A stretch of 64,000 nucleotides of DNA, taken from Fistulifera solaris. Taxonomy: Eukaryota. The stretch is from NCBI GenBank assembly GCA_030295235.1, contig AP026162.1, positions 1,426,001 through 1,490,000 on the forward strand. Direction: 5' to 3'. Positions 46,354 through 58,410 of the stretch are shown here, in pieces (the first letter of the stretch is position 1; every line of letters starts with the position of its first letter). The notes under the pieces were generated by a model. The model was given only the letters and a program-made list of their open reading frames with translations, made no database searches and was not told the DNA's origin. A program made the translations under genes and the position numbers.

Positions 46354-49158
46354 TTAAATGCTAGTTGCTTTATCGAAGCGTTGTCGAACAACATTCGTCC
46401 AACTATCGACGGCACTAGACCCTTCGGATCCAAATGATTTCAGAACCGATAACGCTTCTTTGCAAGAATGTAGGGTTGCATTACGAGATTCAATACCACC
46501 GTCTGTTATCAACAAAGCTGCTTCGGAGATAGATCCGACCTTAGCTTCTACCATGGCCTTAGCAACTGCCGATCGATAAGTAAGATCAGTCAACTTGTTC
46601 GAGTGGATTCGTTCAGCGGCGGCTTTAACAAAATCAATGATATTCATTCCGCCTAGCAATTTCGGCGCCTCTTCGTTAATGATACGCTTCACTGTATCCG
46701 AAACATCACCAATGTCACCGAGTTTCGAAGAAAAGTCAACGATGCGAGTGAAAATCTCGCTACTGGTCTTGTCAATCGAAAGGCCCTTGAAAAGAGCTTG
46801 TAAGGCCATCAGCATCTTCTTCCGCCGGATAGCTACATCATACTGCATCGTCCACGACTCTATCGATTTTGGAGCATATTGAGTCAACATAGCAGCGTAC
46901 TTTCTGGCCTCGTCGAGTGGGTCTTTCTGAAGAAATTCTTTTCCAAAAGGATCTTCGTCGACAACTCCTGATTTTGCTCCTTTTCGGTTCTTGCTGTTAC
47001 CACTTCCATTGGTAACCTCCTTATCATTATCTGCGGAAGACTTTTCTTCGGTCTTCTTCTTCTTACGCGCAATCGCTTTCGCCTTCTTTCTCTCGGCGGC
47101 TGTCATCTGAGAGTAATCAGGCTCGTCCGATTCCGATGACGAGGGGCTGTCTGCGAGGTGCAAGTAAATTCGAATGATTCCAGCAGCAGCTCTGCAGTAG
47201 TACTCCTCTCCAAACACAGCGTCTTCGAAGCGAAGAACACTCACATAAGCGCGAAGTGTCACCTTTCTTAAACAGTACGAGTGGAAGTCAAACTGGTCTT
47301 CGTTGAAATCGTCAAAATGTTTGATGACGGCAACTATTCACACAGACAGTGAGAGAACTAAATCAAACAAAGGGTTGAGAATCTCCTTCCTACTTACAAT
47401 ACTTTTTCAGGCTTCGACCCCAATCCTTTTTCCTCTCGAGACACGCAGCCAGTTCGAGCTCGTACCATGAGCATTGCATTTCAGACAAGTTCTGCTCTGG
47501 ATTTCCTTCATGTTTCGTAAACAAAGATATACATTTAAGCGCTTGTTCCTCCTTCCCAGCTTGTAGCATGTATTTAGCCGTTTGGTTGTTGATGTAACGA
47601 TCTTGCAGATCCATATTTCTGCCTGTATCTAAGCATTCCACCGCCGAATCGATGTCACCAGCGGCACGGAGAAGCTTTGCTTTTAACTCATACACATCCA
47701 CGATAGATGGCGTATGCTCAATACATTTGTCAAGTAAAGCAAGACCTTCAGTGTACTCCCCTGCCACGTCATGAAGACTCGCTCTTAAAAACCATGTCCA
47801 TAACAGTGTCGATGCTGGTTGTTCCGTCTCGTCTGTCTCTGAGAACCTTGTAAGCGACGTCAAATTCAATATGTACCCGTCAACCATTCCAGAAATCATC
47901 TTAAAAAGCGCGTGGGATTTGCAGTCAACAGGATCCGTTACCCTATAAAGCCTACCATTTGCTTCAGCGAACAGGTAAGAGCAAAGCTCGGATGACAAAG
48001 ACGGAACTCCTTTTGGGAGATCCTTTTTGCAGCGTAGGTCAAGCTTGCGAATCAACTCATCAGGCTCTAACCAGCTGTATGGTATCCTAGCGACCGCATC
48101 AGAATGGGAAAATGAGGGTTCCAGATCTTTTTGTATGCTACTGTCAGTTTCTCCTTTTCTTCCATAGATAAAGGTATCAGAGTTGCCAAGGTCTGCGTGC
48201 CTCGAAGACTAAGAACTTCATCCACCACGGAAGGCTCCACTTGCAATACCGAACACATAAATAACGAGTGAACCAGATAATGTTCCGTCATACCGCGCTG
48301 AAACATCTGAATTGTCGTCTCACGCGCTTCGTCGTACTCCCTGAGTCTAAGTTGATACTCCGCTCGCTTCAAAAGCCACGCACCACGATCCACAACCACT
48401 CCTTCGCACACACTCAAATGGTGCAAGGCTTCCTTGTAATTGTCGGGCATTTCGGCCAGGATACTATTTTTATACAAAGCCAGCTCACTGGAATCAAAGC
48501 AACGCCCTAGTTCAGCGCTCCCTTCAGTCAAAGTGCCCATGTATGTATCAATGACTTTCACAGCTCCGTCGAGTTCACCGTTCATATGTCGAGACAAAGC
48601 AAACGCCATCCAGTTGATCTTTGCATTCGGTTTTAACGTAAGAAGCTGATTCCGAGTGACCTCGAACCCACTCAGGTCTCTCATTTGTATCTGGAGCATC
48701 GACAGATCACGCAAAATCTGCAAATTTTCTGGGTCAATGCGTAAAGCTTGTTTGTAAGCTTTGATAGCTTCGTTGTAATTCCGATCCGAACGGTAAAGGA
48801 GACCATACACATGCCAGCAAACGTGCGACCTGGATATTCAAAAAAGAAAAATTTAGCAATCGATCTTTAGAGTCAATCGACACGGACGACTAGTGTAGTT
48901 CACTTACCGCATATCGTTTCTTAAGCCTAACTTAACAAACTCGTGTGCTTCGTCTTTCATCGCCATGTAGTTCAATGTGAGACCCTTCATCGCCAAAGTT
49001 TCTCCGTGATTCGGAAACCTCCGAAGAATTGTATCAGCGTGCTTAATAGCTTTCTTGTACTGCTTCATTTCGTAAAGCTTGACTACATTTTTGAACAAAT
49101 CAGCTTCTTTCTTAGGCAGAGGGCGACCTGCCCCCGCTTGCGGATTGTCATCTGTCAT
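46354..49158 (-). CDS. NAA15: NatA auxiliary subunit NAA15/Nat1; 3 exons, one frameshift
   Basis: LPKKEADLFKNVVKLYEMKQYKK, HGETLAMKGL, R|SHVCWHVYGLLYRSD, DLQDRYIN and EDQFDFHSYCLRKVTLRAY. Introns at 48907-48830 and 47397-47334; missing A at 48128-48132. Confidence 0.95.
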
Positions 49159-49654
49159 GGCGATATGTTCGTGTCAAAAGCGGGATAAATGCAGCGTTGC
49201 GTCGGCTCTCTTTTGTCTTAAACTCGATATTAATAACTACTAGAAGTCCACAAATAATAATGATAAAAACTACTACCCGTATTGTGTTTACGCGATGTTC
49301 ACATTCTCGGTGTTTCTCTTCCACCCAATGAATGCATCTGTTCTGTTCATCTGTCCAACTTCATTCATTCGTTCAATGCAAGCCACAAAGCTGCTCGCAC
49401 CTCCTTCGCTTCCGAAGTCGTATCGGTTTCGCAAGGAAATCGCAACAATCGACCTACCAGGTAACCTATAACCTTACCGAGACTTCGTATTGAATTACTC
49501 CGTACGATTTATGCATAAAGAATCGAATGAATCATAAACGTCGAGAACGCTGATACAGTGTAGACTAATCACTCTTAGTGAGCCATCGATGATTCAGTTT
49601 AGTCGAACCTTTACCCCGGCACAGGATAATAATTAGAGCGATTATAACAACTCA

Positions 49655-49940
49655 CGGGACTGAATTTGTTGAGTCGGAGGAAAGGTCGCCTACACTTCAT
49701 GCAATAGTAAAAAAGTGAGCTTACCAGGTACGAAATCCAATCGACGAAGTCTAATTACAGTAACTCAGTCTGGAAGTAAGATAATTACCAACGATAAAAA
49801 ATGTGGTAATTTTGCAACATCCATGGGCCCAAAAGTGCCCTTTAAGAATGTAGTGTGGCATTGAAATCTAGCATTTTATTGATCCGGGACTGAATATCGA
49901 TTGAGTCGGAGAAGATAGAACCTACACTTTACGAGATAGT
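49655..49940 (-). repeat. Intergenic element family A, inverted tandem dimer (copies 7-8, period 232 bp)
   Basis: On the minus strand: ACTATTGCATGAAGTGTAG...CCGACTC-AACAAA-TTCAGTCCCG (49708-49655) and ACTATCTCGTAAAGTGTAG...CCGACTC-AATCGATA-TTCAGTCCCG (49940-49885). Both keep the 33-bp spacing from box to GACT. Confidence 0.7.
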
Positions 49941-50073
49941 TCATCTCGATAAACAAAATACTCCGTACTCCGTGGTCAAAACGCATTGAAGCGCATGTTG
50001 AATGGAAATTCAAAAGTATAAAACCAAATCATCACTAAAACCAATCAAAATAATTAAAGAATCTATAATAAGC

Positions 50074-50343
50074 ATGACAGGGGCAACAGCGGCAACCCGA
50101 TCGCGAGCTCTTTCGTTATACCGTCAGCTGTTACGCGCTGCCGCTCAAATGCCAACTCCCAATCGACGAAGATTTGTCATCAAAAAGACGCGAACTGAAT
50201 TCAAGGCGAACAAAGGCCTTACGGATCCGGAGGAGATTGAATTTGGCTTGCGTCTTGCGGACACCAATCTTGATACCGTATTAGTACAGGCGGAGCATTT
50301 GACTCGATTAATGAAGGATCCGAATTATCACGCCGACATCTGA
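50074..50343 (+). CDS. LYR-motif mitochondrial protein (Complex1_LYR family)
   Basis: RALSLYRQLLRAA..MP..RR.F...TRTEFKANKGLTDPEEI. Confidence 0.88.
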   Translation: MTGATAATRSRALSLYRQLLRAAAQMPTPNRRRFVIKKTRTEFKANKGLTDPEEIEFGLRLADTNLDTVLVQAEHLTRLMKDPNYHADI

Positions 50344-50472
50344 AAAACGCGCCCCATGCAACAAAATGCAAAAGAGGCATTTATCGTCGTCACTGCGTTC
50401 ATTATAATATCAAGATTGTCTAATAGTGAAGCTTATACTAATTGAGATTAATGGCTAATCGAGCTTGACTGC

Positions 50473-51874
50473 TTAAAGCGAGAACGGGCAGATAATTTTT
50501 CGTCCCTGGACGATCTCTTCCATTCCTTCACCACTGTAAGAGGTGAGAGGCGAAACCTCACAAATCCCACTTTCATCGCCAGTAAGTTTCCCTCCTGCTG
50601 CCGTTACAAAAGTCTTGGACATGGCAGAGATGAGTTCCCGGGCAGTGTCAGGGCTGTCAGCGGGAGACCCAGGCTTGTTTTTCACGGGGGCGAACTCCAT
50701 GGAGCGATCGACATCCAGTACAGCCATATTCTCGGAAAATGGAAAGACATCAAAGATGAACGTCTCCAATTTCAGACCAGTGTTGGCAGAGGGTGTAATT
50801 GTCTCTTTCTTCTCCCCGTCGTAGTATTTGATCTTTTTGCGTGCAATGTGATACAGATTCCCCAAGTTAGGAATGATTTTATCTTTGATAAACGCGATGG
50901 TGTAAAAGTGATTGCAGATATTCCCCGCTCCGTAAACCAAACGACCATCCTCGTCTACACTTTCTGCCATCTCCTTGGAAATCTCCGAGTACTCGACAAT
51001 GCACGGCTTTCCTGATCGCGTCGCGACAACTCCGACCGACTCGGCGGCGTCTACTTTCCAGCAAACCTTGTTTCCGCAGTCGGAACCCTGGTTGATGCAG
51101 TAGCCCATGAAAACAGGATCAGCGGGTTTAATCAAAGCGTTATCGATACTAAAGACGTGAAGGTATTTGACGCCTCGCTTTTCCATATCAGCGAGTGCAC
51201 CGGACGACACCATAGAGGGGTAGATGCCTCCGTTACCGTCCGGTGCCATCGCCACTTCACCAGCGGTCTCCATGATAATCTTTCCGTCGTCTTTCATACA
51301 GGGCAACATTCCTTGCGAAAAGAAAGAAACGTTCTCTTTCCAAGACCAAAATAGTTGTGACTTTCCCAAAACTTTTCCGTTTCGGCGTGATTGAGGGGTG
51401 AAGTCATAATGTAGAATGGCACGATGACATTATTATCCCCGGCAAGCGTTTCAAGACGTTTGATGCGCTCAGCCATCAATTGAAAAAGAGACTTTTTACT
51501 GGGCAATCCGATGTCGTACATTCCTTTTGGGCCATCGTAACCGAGTCGAGTACCTTGTCCGCCCGCAAGAACGAGAGCAGCAACCTGCCCTTTCGCGATG
51601 GCCTCCATTCCGACCTTGCTACAGTCCGCAACAAGCTTTTCATCCGTTGTACGCCCGACCGGACCTCCAAACGGCTTAATATCAGCGTCCGAAGTTCCCG
51701 CAGACTCCTGTTCTAAAGCGGACTTGAGGAGCGAATCTAGTCGCTCGACTTGGATCTCGTCCAGCTGAGAAAGCAACTTTTCTTTTCGTCGACATTAAGC
51801 GAGTCATAATAGTCAAAGACGTGCGACTGTCCTGCGCTGGCGTATCTATCTCGAATCTGCTGCTCGTCGGCCAT
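50473..51874 (-). CDS. UAP1: UDP-N-acetylglucosamine pyrophosphorylase; two frameshifts
   Basis: GQSHVF, LAGGQGTRLGYDGPKG, FYIMTS, FSQGMLP, APDGNGG, IVEYSE, KLETFIFDVF, EFAPVKN and EVSPLTSYSGEG. Frame switches at about 51780 and 51338. Confidence 0.93.
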
Positions 51875-52731
51875 GGTTCCTTTGTTACTCCGTATTCAAC
51901 AAGGTTATCTATTAATTATTGTGCTTACTGTATTATTTTTGTTTTTCAAAAATGGCAGGGGAAATAAAACTTTTGGCCCGCGATCATGAACATGGCATTA
52001 ACTTTAACCCTTTAGAGAACGCATATTATTATTCGATGCCGGATGCCGGATGCTGATTGCTGATTGGCTAGTTTGAAGATAGGTCATATCTTAACAGCTG
52101 ATAATGTACTCATCACACGTATTTCTGCTACTTTTTGATTTACAATGACTTGTTTGCGCTACTGTCTTAACACGAACGACAATCTAACGATGTCCAAATC
52201 ACAGTTCTCCACTATACTAAGTTAACCGTCACAAACTGTTAACTGTATAGCTTCAGTAGTAAAAATGACGCATGACGTACGAAATCTACACCAATAGGTA
52301 AAGTGATAAGCCCCCACCAACCTTGTATACGGTTAATTTGTAGATTACTTTTTTATACTCGTTGTTTGTCGCGCTGATTTTTTTGCGGTACGTTTTTTAC
52401 GTAGCCCAACCTCCCACTTGTGACGACGGCCGACGGCTTGATGATCTGGACCAGAAAATGAGTTTCACCGTTTATCTTCCTCGCGGTGAAGCTCTGTCAA
52501 GGTTGCGTTGCTGTTGCTTCATTGCTGCTCCTGGAATTCAAGCAGTTAAAAAAAAAAAAAAAAAAATAAGCACAACAGATTCTCAAGTATTGCTTTGAAC
52601 AAAAGCGCTGCCGCGAGATTTCTTGAAAGCTTGCCTGAATTCTTCTTTTGGGTAAGTCGGAGTTTAATTCAAAAAGAGGCCGAACTCCGGTGGAGAAGTA
52701 GAGCAATCGACATCAGTAATTTGCGGTCTTT

Positions 52732-55548
52732 ATGCAGAAAAAAGATCAACAAACAGATTCTCCTTCTTCTATAGATAAACCACTTCAAAATATGGACAGC
52801 AGAGACGGCGGCTTACTTATGGCAGCTCGATCGATTTCCCACCCGGTGCCCCCCCAAACGATTTCCGCCGATTCCGGGTCTTCGACATTTGCACAGATGA
52901 TCATCTCAAGTGAAGAAGAGAGAACAGGAGATAAAGAGAGCTAGAAACATTGTCTACAGCGTATGAAATGTTAGCTGGGAGGGTGAAGAGAAATCGGCCA
53001 GAGGTGGAGGAGGAGATTCAAGAAACGGGCGAATCAAGTTCGAGTGGAGACCAGAATCAATCATCAACACGCGCTCAACATGAAACTTTCAATCAAGAAG
53101 AAGGGGAAAGCAATGTAGACGACAATATACTTGCGCAACAACGCAAAGCAGTGCTTCTAGTCAGATTACAAGAAAGATATCCTTGCGGGAGACTAACAAT
53201 GGTAAGGCCTTTTTGTTTGAGTCTTTCACCAAAGCCCTTTGCTTATGAAACCCTTGACAGATTAATCTTTCGCGGCGGTGCTTGGTAGCTGATGATGCCC
53301 TGTTGCTGGCGGATGCTATTATAAACAATCGGTTTCTTTCGGTGCTCAAACTTAGTTACAATGAAATTGGAGATGAGGGAGTTTCACACATTGCCGCCGC
53401 GATCGGACATGATGGACATCACCATCGAAATTTATCGGTATTAGATTTAGGCTTTAACTCGATTGGGGACGCTGGATGCCGAGCAATAGCAACAAAATGC
53501 ATAGCAGGGAATTTTAACCTCCGGACACTGTTCTTGGCTGGAAACTGCATAAAGAGAAAAGGGGCGATTGCTCTTGCAGAAGCAATTCTTCACGGAAGCG
53601 GCTTAACGAAGCTGCACTTGACAGCAAATGAAATCGGTGCAAGGGGCTTGAAAGCAATAGCAGGAGCGATCACAAAACACGACGAAAGAGCTGCTGCTCA
53701 AATGAGGGTGAGCACTAAGCCGGTACCTAGTGTCGAAGAACTATACATAGGAAATATTGGTGTGAGCGGCGACGAATTTAGGGTCGTACCGGCCATGATG
53801 ATGTCCAGTGTATCTCTCCGATGCATTTCAATAGCGGGTTGTGGCGTGGGAGACCACGAAATGCAATTACTCTCTCAGGCTATTTCGCAAAACAAAAGTC
53901 TCCCTTTAGAAAAGCTTGTATTTTCCTTCAACGAGATTTCCTGTCAAGGCGTAGAGTCTCTGATGAATGCCGCTTGGGGATCAAAGTCATTGCGTGCCAT
54001 CAGATTGGATAATAACAGGATACAGGACAGAGGAGCGCAACTTTGTGCCGTCGCGCTTACGTCTATTCAAATGGAAATTCTCGATCTTAGTTTCAATCGC
54101 AACATTTCGACCACAGGAATTAAAGCGTTGATGAAGAATATATCTGAAAATAACTCATTGCGCTCGCTGGGTTTGGCGGGTATACATCTGGATCAGAACT
54201 CATCAAAGGCGCTTTCTTATGCACTTGCTTACAACATGTCGTTGCAAACATTGTATCTGGATAACTGCAATGTTGGATATGCCTCCCAAAGACACATTGT
54301 CGCTGGTATTGTATCCAACCAGAGGGCGTCGCTTCGCTTGGTAACAGGATTCGATATTGCTCGTAAGTTTTGTTGAGTCTTGCGTCCTCGTTTCGGTCTT
54401 ACATTGATCACGACTCTAATGGTCGCTTTTTATTTTCAGCAATCGCAATAACGCTCGGCTTGCCACGGCTACCAGAGACCTGGTCGAATGACCAGGTTTT
54501 GGGCTTCATTCGCTACATGTGGCAACAATGGTTATTGAAATCTGGAAGGGGAAAGGCTTCTAACGTAATGGAAGTTCGGGGACCTGCTCCACCTGCGGCT
54601 GTCGCCGCAGCTTCCAAAATCGCATTCTCTTCACTCAGCTCTGATACAAGCGATCTATTTCAGACTGAACTACATGAGAAATTGCCGTCTGAGCAACCTC
54701 CAATGGATCGCATAACAGATGCCCTTCTGGAACGAACCGATTCGGGAACTATCGAAATTCCGACATTTGATGATGCAAATGAGGAAGACTTGAAGGAATG
54801 GACCGGTGATCGCGTTAGAACGTGCCAAGTCTCATCTTACTCTATGGTGCGCTCGGCATTGGAAGATCCTGAAAGACGCAACCAAAACTTGTTGTGGCTC
54901 AGAAGCCATTTTAGAGCCTTGAACGATATTGGACGTCTTCCTTTCAACAATGCAGATTTATGGCAGCTTCATCAATACTACTTTTCTCCTCCTTATTCAG
55001 ACACCGACAACGACGACAGTAAAGTTGCCGCAGGCATGGTTGTAAGCGCTGCTGGTGTTACTCAGCAACCTCTTTGGGGCGAGGAAACAACTATGGTTGC
55101 CTCGCGTTCAATTTCATATCAAACCCTTGGTGATGCTATCGCCGCTTCAGTGGGGACACATCAAAAGCGCCGCCCGTCTGATGAAGATGAAAACAGCGGA
55201 GAAGATAATATGCCTTTGGCGAAAAAAGCAAAAAACTACCGAGCAAGGATCGCCTACTATCCCCGTATCACCGTGAGTCACTGGTTATTTGTTCACCTTT
55301 AGCCGCTTCGGATTATTTGTTCTAACACGTTACTCCCTCCCTTTCTCTATATCGCTCATTAGGCCAAGGTTCAGGAACTTGGCAGTCGACCTATGGACCA
55401 CACTCTGTCATTGCTTCGACAGCTAAAATATACTGAAAACATCATGTTTGCGGATCGCAATCCGTATGATGACGCGCAAATCAAAAGGTCCGATCCTTCC
55501 CGACCTTCTCACGCAGACGTAGAAATGGTCTTGCTGGACTTGCTATAG
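52732..55548 (+). CDS. RNI-like leucine-rich-repeat protein; 4 exons, probable frameshift in the N-terminal region
   Basis: Multiple 28-aa LRRs (LKLSYNEIGDEG, LDLGFNSIGDAG, LRLDNNRIQDRG). Introns at 53202-53260, 54364-54439 and 55273-55362; stop at 55546-55548. The start is uncertain. Confidence 0.82.
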
Positions 55549-55670
55549 AAATAGACGGTATAAATATTTACCTGTAAATATGCTTATAATCATTTTTGCA
55601 CACTCTTCTTGTGTATTATCTTTAGTACAGCAACAAGATGGCACTCGAAAATGAAGCAAATGCTTACAAC

Positions 55671-56481
55671 TCACAGGGGACTTATAGCAAGAACATCCGC
55701 CATTTCCGCCATGATGCAGTCCACAGATGCGAGCGCACCCATTCCCACCCTCACCACACGCGAGTACCTTAGAAGTCGGCTCAATAATGCGAATGGAATT
55801 CTTTTCACCTTCTTGACGAGACTCTATCGACACGAAGCTTTGAATCGTTTGTAAATGTTGAAATGTGAGGGGATGCTGCCACATGGCCGTGTTCATGGCG
55901 GGTGCAAGAAGAAGAGGTTTAGCCGGTCTCGTGGAATGATACCCAAAGTCCCACGCCCGCGCCACACAAGACAGTGTATCGTCGCAAAAGCCCTGCGCCA
56001 GTTTCGCCAATGTGTGGGCTGATAAGGGTGCAATGAGGAAAATGTCGGCCCAGTCTCGTAGGTCAATATGTAGAACTGGGTCCCCTAACCGGTTCCATCC
56101 TTTCCACTCCTCTTCGGAGGCTTGTTGAGTGGAGAAATCGTCACTTTGTCAGACGTACAGTTCAAGTCGACGCCATCTTTCGGTCAGTCGACGAAGATAC
56201 GTACAGTAAAGCTGAATTGGGGCTCCTTTAGTCGATGACTCCGCCGAATCTGATGTCTGAACCCCGGTGATATAGTCCTGACACAAATCCCAATTTTCCT
56301 TGTCGTATTCTTCAGCTTTCTCCCAAAAATTCGATCCACCAGCACTCAACAAAACACGAACGTGAGCATTAAACTCACGGACGAGTCGCACTGCAATTTC
56401 GGGCGCTTTAACGGCTGCGACAGACCCCGTCACACCAAGTAGTATTTGCGGTCTTTGTTTTCGTTTACTTAATTCCTCCAT
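55671..56481 (-). CDS. PPCDC: Phosphopantothenoylcysteine decarboxylase (HAL3-like flavoprotein), 2 exons
   Basis: ILLGVTGSVAAVK, DPVLHIDLRDWAD, APLSAHTLAKLAQG.CD, PAMNTAMW and LACGEVGMGA (after removing one G at about 55749). Intron at 56204-56121. Confidence 0.93.
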
Positions 56482-56607
56482 TCGAGACGTCGAGAGATGG
56501 TTCTAGTTGTGATGAAAGGGCACATTGAAATGATTGGAAATGATCGGGAAATGTTCTGGGAAAATCTGTCAGTCATAAGCAGGCTACCGCAGATCCTCAG
56601 ATTTTCC

Positions 56608-56850
56608 GTCTGCTTCAAATTGAGCGACAACCTCCTCCACTATAGTCCAAAGTGTTGTCACCGCAATTTACCCACGACTGCGATTCAGTCATGAATCGAA
56701 TTTCTTTCTAGATACAATCAAAGAATCAAAGTACAATAGGTCTAAGTTCGTTCGCAGCAATGTGTTATTATTGCAGTGCAATAATGTCTTAGAGCTTAGA
56801 GGCGCTTGCATTATTACACGCCTTGTTATATTTTTGGGTCGAGAAGCCTG
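56608..56850 (+). repeat. Intergenic element family A, copy 9
   Basis: GTCTGCTTCAAA at 56608, ACTATAGTCCAAAGTGTTGTC at 56639 and CACGACTG-CGATT-CAGTCATG at 56673-56693. Downstream GTTCGTTCGC, TCTTAG and TTACACGCCT..ATATTTTT..GTCGA match 25.3-25.46 kb. Confidence 0.85.
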
Positions 56851-57006
56851 TCAAAGTCAACTGATGTCGTACTATGTGGACGGTATGTACCTTTCGAGTA
56901 CCTGTATGATAACATCGTGTTCTTGAACGCGAAAAATCGAAGAGGGAAAGATAACTTTCGAAAGGTGTTGCGGAGCAGCATCAAAAGACAAAGAAAGACG
57001 TCCCCA

Positions 57007-57700
57007 ATGACAACGACACAACAAGAAGACGAATTAGGTGACCCCCGGAAGCGGTATCGCAGCAAAGGATAACAAACAAAGCTCTAAGATTTTATTGTGA
57101 CTGCGTCGGAGACATACGAAAATCATTAACTGGTTCCTGCAGCCTGTTCAAAATCGAAATATCTTGACGGATTACAAAAGCAAGATCAAACATCCCAAGG
57201 ACTTGACAACCTTACAGAATCGACTAGAGAGTGGCAGTCATACCAAAGCAGATGAGTTTTTTCGAGCTTTGACAAATATTCGCCAATTGTTTGATATTCA
57301 ACACATCGATACGAGACAGTTTGAGGCCTTTCGCTTGTGATGTGTTTGAAAGTGTGGAATATCTGCTTAAACGGTTCTCAGGGCTGCCATCAGAAGGATC
57401 TTACCCTCCGGTGATCTTCTGCTGGAAATTGTGTGTTGAGATACTGGATAACTTGACCAACCCTACAGATGGTCAAGCGACCGTTTTGTACTTCTTGCAC
57501 CCGGTTTCGCACTATTGCGGTAGAAACTTTTCGCCGGATTATTCAGCAAGGTTGGGAAGCCGATGGGCTTTGGAACTATAACTGTCAACTTGATCGAAGC
57601 TCGCTACCAGAGTGTAGACGAATTTGCTACCGATTGTCGTCTGGTAATTACGAACTCTAACAAGTACTACAGTGATCGCGAAGATGGCAAAACGAGTTAA
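57007..57700 (+). pseudogene. Decayed tandem-bromodomain gene fragment
   Basis: Fragments YKSKIKHPKDLTTLQNRLESGSHTKADEFF, YFLHPVSHY..PDY and PMGFGTITVNLIEARYQSVDEFATDCRLVITNSNKYY, interrupted by in-frame stops and frameshifts. Confidence 0.75.
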
Positions 57701-58341
57701 ATTCTTTCTACCGCTTTCGTTGCTTTGTGTAAAAGTAAAAAGGTTTTCACGTTTCTCAAGGCAAACCCTTTCTACCGCTTTTAATGCAAACCAAGCATAC
57801 TGTACTGTTTTTCGTTGCCTTTTTGATGTAAAATTGTCGAATGTCTTCACTAGCCAGCTACCAGGTAGTTCTCAACTCAGCAGCATTTCTCGTTCAGTAT
57901 ATAGCTTGTGTTCAAACTTTTAATGGTCTCGATAACCGGGTCAGTACTCTTTCATGAGCATTTGTTCAATTGCTGTGGCTGGTGGTTCTATGAGCCCAGA
58001 TGTCCGCCTCCGCTAAAGCTTTCAACGAAACTCCAAATTCTTTTGCCCCGCCATTCTTGTTTCGCAGTTATTCCAGTCCCAGCGATGATTGATTGCTGCT
58101 TGCTGCTCGCTGCTTTCGAGGTGCTATACTGGCCCTGGCATGCGAAACTTGTGCATGCTGCTTGATGCTACATGACTTTTCGCTTCAATCACAAACGACG
58201 TCTCCGAATTCAATCACACGAACTCCTTCACTATTTGTGTTTGCCGACGACTGGTCCATTACACGTACATCCCTTTTATGAAAAATACCCCATCATCGCG
58301 ACTTCTTCGCGCCTCCGTTCTATGTATCGCACTCTTCGGTT

Positions 58342-58410
58342 CCATGTCGTACGGACGCGGGAGCGTTTAGACTTATTCTCGATTCCCGTTCATATCTCTT
58401 TCTTTTCGTC
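58342..58410. repeat. Left copy of a 70-bp direct repeat (right copy 63262-63329)
   Basis: CCAT.TCGTAC.GACGCGGGAGCGTTT.GACTTATTCTCGATTCCCGTTCATATCTCTTT..TTTCGTC is present twice, offset 4920 bp. Confidence 0.9.

Noticed and set aside
52548..52566. A-tract of about 19 nt as a retroposon tail
   Set aside because: No recognisable SINE/LINE body or target-site duplication nearby.
571..55750. Genome-wide programmed ribosomal frameshifting (Euplotes-like) or mass pseudogenisation
   Set aside because: The indels go in both directions, lack a common slippery-plus-stop motif, sit at homopolymers and hit essential genes with otherwise intact sequence. Sequencing error is more parsimonious.
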